IMG/VR virus record: IMGVR_UViG_3300045421_000193
Location: 1 to 31,507 of that record
Reading direction: 5' to 3' (one strand)
DNA: 31,507 nucleotides
Source: a virus
Lineage: Duplodnaviria; Caudoviricetes
The stretch's first letter is position 1. Every line of letters starts with the position of its first letter. Both the position numbers and the translations under genes were made by a program. Positions 26,712 through 31,507 of this stretch are shown here, one piece after another. Below the pieces are notes generated by a model that saw only the letters and a program-made list of their open reading frames with translations, did not search any database and was not told where the DNA came from.

Positions 26712-29291
26712 ATGGCATCAATTATAAGAATTAAACGTTCGACTACAGCAGGTAATCCAGCAGTGCTTGCAGCTGGAGAACTCGCATATTCAGGACTACC
26801 AAATAATGATTCAAATGGCGGTGATCGTCTTTATCTAGGTCTTGGAACAGAGACATCTGGAAATGCTGCAAATCACCTAGTTATAGGTGGAAAATATTTT
26901 ACAGATTTATTAGATCACACTCGTGGTTCATTAACTGGATCTTCAGCAATCATAACAGATGCAAACAGCAAAATTGATAATTTAAAAGTAGATAATTTAG
27001 ATATAAATGGAAATACAATATCTTCTACTGATGCCAATGGAAATATTGTATTAGATCCAATCGGAAATGGTAATGTAGAGATTATTGGTACAAATGGAGT
27101 TACAATTCCAGTTGGTACTACAGCACAACGTTTACCAAACGTACAAGGTACTATACGTTTTAATACAGATACGTCTTCTTTCGAAGGATACTCAGGTTCA
27201 TCTTGGGGTTCATTAGGTGGAGTTAGATCAGTTGATGGTTTAACATTTATTACAGCTGAAAGTGCACCAGGAGCTTCAAATGATACACTTTCTTTTGTTA
27301 CAGATAATGTTGAAGCTATGTCTATTAGCACGAATAGTTTTAATATAGCATCTACAATTTTAACAACAAATATTAACGCAACTACAACTTCAACTAGTAT
27401 TGCTACTGGTGCATTAGTTGTTGATGGTGGTGTTGGTATTGCTGAAAATTTAAATGTTGGTGGTGAAATTAATATTGATAATTTAAAATTATTTGATAAC
27501 ACATTATCATCTACAAATCCTAATGGAAATATTGTACTTTCTCCTAATGGAAGTGGTGATGTTCAACTTGATGCAGATACAGTAAGAGTTGGAGATCAAA
27601 ACATAAATGCAATTATTACTACAAATGGAACTGGTAATTTAACATTAAAAACAAATGATGCATCAGGTTCTTCAAATATTTTAATTAATCAGGGTGCTAA
27701 TGGTAATATAGTTTTAACACCAGATGGTACTGGTAAAACAGTTTTAAACAATCCATATATTAATGGTACAACTGATACTCTTTCTGAATTTATTTTTGAT
27801 ACAATAGGTGGTGCGGTTACAGCAGGAACTGGCATTACAGTTGTAAATAATGATGCTAATAATACTTCTACGATTTCTATTACAAATACAGGAGTCACTG
27901 CTGGTTCTTATGGTAGTACATCAGCTATTCCTACATTTACAGTAAATGCGCAAGGTCAACTAACTGCATCTGGAACAGCTTCAATTTCAACTACATTAAA
28001 TATTGCAGGTGATACAGGAACAGATGGTATTGCTCACTTAACAGATACATTAACATTTTCTGGTGGAGAAGGAATTGATACTGTTGTCACAAACAATACA
28101 TTAACAATCTCAGGAGAGGATGCTTCTACTGCAAATAAAGGTATTGCTTCTTTCGCTAATGCGAATTTTACAGTCACTTCTGGTAATGTTGAAACTAAAA
28201 ATATTACATTAGGATCTTCAACATTAACAAACGGTTCAACTACAAGTACGTTAGCTGGATTATTACAATTAGATGTAGATAATATTCAAATTAATGGAAA
28301 TACAATATCTTCTACTGATAATAATGGTGGAATTACACTTGATCCAAATGGATCAGGACACGTTTCTGTAAGTAATGCTTTACTTAAAGATGTTGCAACT
28401 CCAGTTGATGCAAACGATGCTGCAAATAAAGCATACGTAGATGCTGTTGCTGAAGGATTACATGTTCATGCTTCAGTAAAAGCTGCAACTACAGCTCCGA
28501 TTGTTGGATCAGTGGTTTATAATAATGGTTCGAATGGAGTAGGTGCTACATTAACTACAGATACACCAATGAACACAATGGATGGATATTCATTAGTTAA
28601 TGGTGATCGTGTATTAATTAAAAATCAAGCAAATGCTGCTCACAATGGTATCTATATTCGTACATCTTCAACAGTATTTACACGTGCTACTGATTTTGAT
28701 ACACCTGCAGAAATTCAATCAGGTGACTTTTTATTTGTTTCAAATGGTGCAATATTTGGAAAAACTGGTCATGTAAATACAGTCGCATCTGTAACTATTG
28801 GTGTAACTAATATTGTATTTGAACAATTTTCAGGAGCAGGAACTTTTGTCGCTGGTTTAGGATTAGCATTTACAGGAAATGTAATTGATATCTTAGTACA
28901 AGCAAATGGTGGTCTTGAAATTGTTTCAGACGAAATAGGTTTAAAATCATCAACAGCTGGAAATGGTTTAACATTTTTAGATGGTGTTTTAAACGTAGTT
29001 GGTACAGCAGACCGTATTACAGTTAATAACGATTCGATTGATATTTCTGCTACTTATGTTGGACAAAATTCAATTACTACATTAGGTACTATTGCGGTTG
29101 GTACATGGAATGGTTCTGTTATCGGTGCAACTTTTGGTGGTACTGGACAATCTTCTTATTCAGTTGGTGATATTTTAGTTGGTGCTGCTGCAAATACTTT
29201 AAGCAAATTATCATTAGGTGTAAACGGTAAAGTATTACAATCTAATGGAACGACTTTGGTTTACGGTGATGTGGACGGAGGTTCTTATTAA
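26712..29291 (+). CDS. Long tail fibre protein with repeated DN..I.GNTISST..NG.I.L.P.G.G units
   Basis: AGGAG SD. N-terminal IRIKRS....P..L..GELAY, then DAANKAYVD, GDRVLIKNQ.....NGIY and C-terminal DVDGGSY; very Thr/Gly/Asn rich. Confidence 0.85.
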   Translation: MASIIRIKRSTTAGNPAVLAAGELAYSGLPNNDSNGGDRLYLGLGTETSGNAANHLVIGGKYFTDLLDHTRGSLTGSSAIITDANSKIDNLKVDNLDINGNTISSTDANGNIVLDPIGNGNVEIIGTNGVTIPVGTTAQRLPNVQGTIRFNTDTSSFEGYSGSSWGSLGGVRSVDGLTFITAESAPGASNDTLSFVTDNVEAMSISTNSFNIASTILTTNINATTTSTSIATGALVVDGGVGIAENLNVGGEINIDNLKLFDNTLSSTNPNGNIVLSPNGSGDVQLDADTVRVGDQNINAIITTNGTGNLTLKTNDASGSSNILINQGANGNIVLTPDGTGKTVLNNPYINGTTDTLSEFIFDTIGGAVTAGTGITVVNNDANNTSTISITNTGVTAGSYGSTSAIPTFTVNAQGQLTASGTASISTTLNIAGDTGTDGIAHLTDTLTFSGGEGIDTVVTNNTLTISGEDASTANKGIASFANANFTVTSGNVETKNITLGSSTLTNGSTTSTLAGLLQLDVDNIQINGNTISSTDNNGGITLDPNGSGHVSVSNALLKDVATPVDANDAANKAYVDAVAEGLHVHASVKAATTAPIVGSVVYNNGSNGVGATLTTDTPMNTMDGYSLVNGDRVLIKNQANAAHNGIYIRTSSTVFTRATDFDTPAEIQSGDFLFVSNGAIFGKTGHVNTVASVTIGVTNIVFEQFSGAGTFVAGLGLAFTGNVIDILVQANGGLEIVSDEIGLKSSTAGNGLTFLDGVLNVVGTADRITVNNDSIDISATYVGQNSITTLGTIAVGTWNGSVIGATFGGTGQSSYSVGDILVGAAANTLSKLSLGVNGKVLQSNGTTLVYGDVDGGSY
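27006..28319 (+). repeat. Exact 27-nt direct repeat AATGGAAATACAATATCTTCTACTGAT (27006-27032 and 28293-28319)
   Basis: Read directly. Both copies encode NGNTISSTD and lie 1287 nt (429 codons) apart. Confidence 0.85.
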
Positions 29292-29312
29292 TTTTTAAAT
29301 TATTTTTTATTA

Positions 29313-29320
29313 TATAAACA
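29313..29320 (+). promoter_or_regulatory. Possible late promoter variant (TATAAACA)
   Basis: One mismatch to TATAAATA, in the 50-nt intergenic gap before the acidic micro-proteins. Confidence 0.35.
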
Positions 29321-29341
29321 CTTAACAAGAGAGCGACTAGT

Positions 29342-29527
29342 ATGGCTAAAAAAAAGAAATCAGAAAGCATATCTGATATATTAGATAGAATTGATGATGA
29401 TCTTATGACTCTTCGTGAGAAAGTTGAAGAGCTCGAAAACCATGAGTGTGAAGAAGATGATGATGATTCTGAAGAAGAGGATGACTTAGATGAAGATGAT
29501 TCTGACTCAGATAGTGACGAAGATTAA
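29342..29527 (+). CDS. Hyper-acidic micro-protein (basic N-terminus, short coiled coil, Asp/Glu tail)
   Basis: 61 aa with 31 D/E residues and the heptad ILDRIDDDLMTLREKVEEL; GAGAG SD-like sequence upstream. Confidence 0.7.
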   Translation: MAKKKKSESISDILDRIDDDLMTLREKVEELENHECEEDDDDSEEEDDLDEDDSDSDSDED

Positions 29528-29573
29528 AGAACTATTTATTTACAAAAAAACAAAAACTAAAAAGGAGCGTACA

Positions 29574-29705
29574 ATGAGTGAAGATAACAAAAACGTTATA
29601 GAACAATTACAAGAAAAAATTGAAAAATTAGAATCTGATATTGAAAATATCAAGCAACTGCTTGAAATACAAGATGAAGACGAAGACGAGTCTGACGAAG
29701 ACTAA
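29574..29705 (+). CDS. Second hyper-acidic micro-protein (coiled coil plus Asp/Glu tail)
   Basis: Start re-assigned from 29490 to ATG 29574, which has a strong AAAGGAG SD at 29561-29567 and avoids overlap. 43 aa with 18 D/E residues. Confidence 0.72.
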   Translation: MSEDNKNVIEQLQEKIEKLESDIENIKQLLEIQDEDEDESDED

Positions 29706-29733
29706 ATTAAAAAGAAAAAAATAGGAAAAACTG

Positions 29734-30087
29734 ATGGCGACAATAATTAAATTAAAAGGTTCAGCAGTACCGAACCTTGCGCCACAGCCTGCTGATTTAA
29801 GTTTCAAAGAAGTTGCACTAAATTATGCTGATGGTAAACTGTATTATAAAAATGCAAATAACCAAATAGCGTACTTTAGTGCAGCTGCCGATGGTGGACA
29901 ATTAGGGCAGGATGACGAATTATTAAATCAATTAGCTTTTGCAATTAAATTTGGTGTATTTCCATTAGCTGATTATGGTAACATAACAGATCCTACAACT
30001 GATGCTTTTGGTCAAACAGTTTTATTTACTTATGATAATTTAGCAACAGATGGATTAAGAATTGTTGACAACGAAGGATTAATTTAA
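29734..30087 (+). CDS. Short fibre adapter protein (IKLKGS...P...L...EVALNYADGKLYYK N-terminal domain)
   Basis: The N-terminus is similar to that of the 26712 fibre. It has internal DGG and LAFAIKFG motifs and ends DYGNITD...IVDNEGLI; AGGA SD. Confidence 0.75.
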   Translation: MATIIKLKGSAVPNLAPQPADLSFKEVALNYADGKLYYKNANNQIAYFSAAADGGQLGQDDELLNQLAFAIKFGVFPLADYGNITDPTTDAFGQTVLFTYDNLATDGLRIVDNEGLI

Positions 30088-30109
30088 CAGTAACGAAGGA
30101 TTATATTAA

Positions 30110-31507
30110 ATGCCAACACAATTACAATTAAGAAGAGGAACTACAGCCCAACATAACTCATTTACAGGTGCGATTGGTGAAGTTACAGTTAACACTACAA
30201 AGAAAACAGCAGTTGTACATGATGGATCAACAGCAGGTGGTCTTGAATTACTTCGTGCTGATATGTCAAACGTATTTTCTTCAGCAACTCCAACGATTAC
30301 CTCTTTAAATACAAGTGGAAACGTAGATGTAGGTGGTAATTTAACTGTCACTGGTACGAGTACATTTAATGGTGGCACAATTACAGTAGGTGATGCTGAT
30401 ACAGATAACGTAGTATTTGGTGCTGATGTAAATTCAAATATTCTTCCAAATACTGATAACACATTCACATTAGGAAATTCTTCAAAAAAATGGGCTGATG
30501 TAAGAACAGTATTACTTACAACCACAGGTGCTGCTACATTAGGAAGCACTCTTGCTGTCACAGGAAATTTAGCAGTTAATACAAATAAATTTACAGTAAA
30601 CGCAACAACTGGTGATGTACTAGTTGATGGTAATTTACAAGTTAATGGTACAACAACTACTATAAATTCAACTACACTTACAGTAGATGATAAGAATATA
30701 GAATTAGCGTCATCTGCTTCACCAACAGATGCATTAGCTGATGGTGGTGGTATAACAATTAAAGGAACTACTGATAAAACACTTAATTGGATATTATCTA
30801 CTAACGCATTTACATCAAGTGAAAATATTGAAACTGCTGCTGGAAAAACGTTAGCATTAAGTGGTTCATCTTCTGGTAAAACAACAATTAACGTTGCTTC
30901 GACTGCAAGTGGTACATTAACATTACCATCAGCAAATGATACATTAGTTGGAAAAGCGACAACCGATACACTTACAAATAAATCTATTAGTTTAACAACT
31001 AACACATTAACAGCTACATCTGCTGAATTAGCGACAGCAATTTCTGATGAAACTGGAACAGGTTCTTTAGTTTTTGGAACATCACCAACACTTACAACTC
31101 CAGTAATTTCATCAATCGTAAATACTGGTACATTAACATTACCAACATCTAACGATACGTTGGTTGGTCGTGCTACAACAGACACATTAACAAATAAATC
31201 TATTTCTTTAACAACAAATACAATTAGTGGTACATTAGCAGAATTTAATACAGCTTTATCAGGTGATGACTTTGTATCACTTACTGGAGCAGAAACACTT
31301 ACAAATAAAACTTTAACATCACCTATTATATCTACTATTAGTAATACAGGAACATTAACTTTACCAACTTCTAATGATACATTAGTAGGTAGAGCAACCA
31401 CTGATACTTTAACAAATAAAACAATTAGTTTAACAAGTAACACATTAACAGCTACTTCTGCTGAATTAGCTACAGCAATTTCAGATGAAACAGGTACAGG
31501 TTCATTA
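30110..31507 (+). CDS. Tail fibre protein with major-tropism-determinant-type N-terminal domain, 3'-truncated
   Basis: Absent from the ORF track because it has no stop in the window. ATG 30110 has an AAGGA SD and reads MPTQLQLRRGTTAQHNSFTGAIGEVTVNTTKKTAVVHDGSTAGG (Mtd N-terminal pattern), then VxGNLxVxG and TLTNK repeats. Open to the end for 466 codons. Confidence 0.88.
   Translation, partial: MPTQLQLRRGTTAQHNSFTGAIGEVTVNTTKKTAVVHDGSTAGGLELLRADMSNVFSSATPTITSLNTSGNVDVGGNLTVTGTSTFNGGTITVGDADTDNVVFGADVNSNILPNTDNTFTLGNSSKKWADVRTVLLTTTGAATLGSTLAVTGNLAVNTNKFTVNATTGDVLVDGNLQVNGTTTTINSTTLTVDDKNIELASSASPTDALADGGGITIKGTTDKTLNWILSTNAFTSSENIETAAGKTLALSGSSSGKTTINVASTASGTLTLPSANDTLVGKATTDTLTNKSISLTTNTLTATSAELATAISDETGTGSLVFGTSPTLTTPVISSIVNTGTLTLPTSNDTLVGRATTDTLTNKSISLTTNTISGTLAEFNTALSGDDFVSLTGAETLTNKTLTSPIISTISNTGTLTLPTSNDTLVGRATTDTLTNKTISLTSNTLTATSAELATAISDETGTGSL
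30911..31507 (+). repeat. Tandem 72-74-aa coding repeats GTLTLPxxNDTLVG(K/R)ATTDTLTNK...
   Basis: Units start at 30911, 31127 and 31349 (periods 216 and 222 nt). The third is cut by the window end. Confidence 0.9.

Noticed and set aside
234-27898. Numerous short minus-strand ORFs (e.g. 234-722, 8026-8367, 13012-13440, 26915-27502) and the alternative-frame ORF 21579-21860
   Set aside because: They lie within or overlap long, motif-supported + strand genes, have no recognisable motifs, and are expected from codon bias.
29490-29573. Longer 71-aa start for the second acidic protein
   Set aside because: It overlaps the previous gene and translates an A-rich spacer. ATG 29574 has a strong SD.
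30106-31443. 445-aa minus-strand ORF in the track
   Set aside because: Antisense shadow of the real + strand fibre gene starting at 30110. Its Val/Asn/Ser-rich sequence mirrors Thr/Ile codons.
1-31507. Stop-codon reassignment (no gene ends in TGA; a few end in TAG)
   Set aside because: Genes are full length in the standard code, and TAG falls at expected ends (e.g. gp8). TAA preference fits the AT richness.
26712-31507. Diversity-generating retroelement or CRISPR array suggested by repeats and the Mtd-like domain
   Set aside because: No reverse transcriptase, no adenine-specific TR/VR pair and no repeat-spacer structure. The repeats are in-frame coding units.

Overview
This AT-rich window (roughly 30% GC by eye) is fully coding on the + strand. 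It comes from the virion-structure region of a large T4-like myophage of the aquatic cyanophage/pelagiphage-like type. Gene order is gp5 (5'-truncated, with a C-terminal M15 metallopeptidase), PAAR/gp5.4, gp25, gp6, gp7, gp8 and a 2399-aa VrlC/DUF4815-like protein. A cluster of about 15 fibre, adapter and micro-protein genes follows, ending in an Mtd-N-type fibre that runs off the 3' end and is missed by the ORF track. I found no RNA genes, CRISPR array, integrase, reverse transcriptase or stop-codon recoding. Four signals stand out. (1) A repeated gene-order grammar links the C-terminal motif of one gene to the N-terminal family of the next, suggesting a peptide-docking code for a daisy-chained or branched fibre apparatus. 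(2) A 7.4-kb stretch lacks the palindrome GTWAC because Val-Thr pairs use rare GTC/GTG codons, whereas the 1860-aa fibre gene is not purged. (3) The spike resembles an evolved VgrG, with a peptidase after the beta-helix. (4) Two tandem hyper-acidic micro-proteins sit inside the fibre cluster. Family assignments come from motif recognition and counts are manual; no searches were run.
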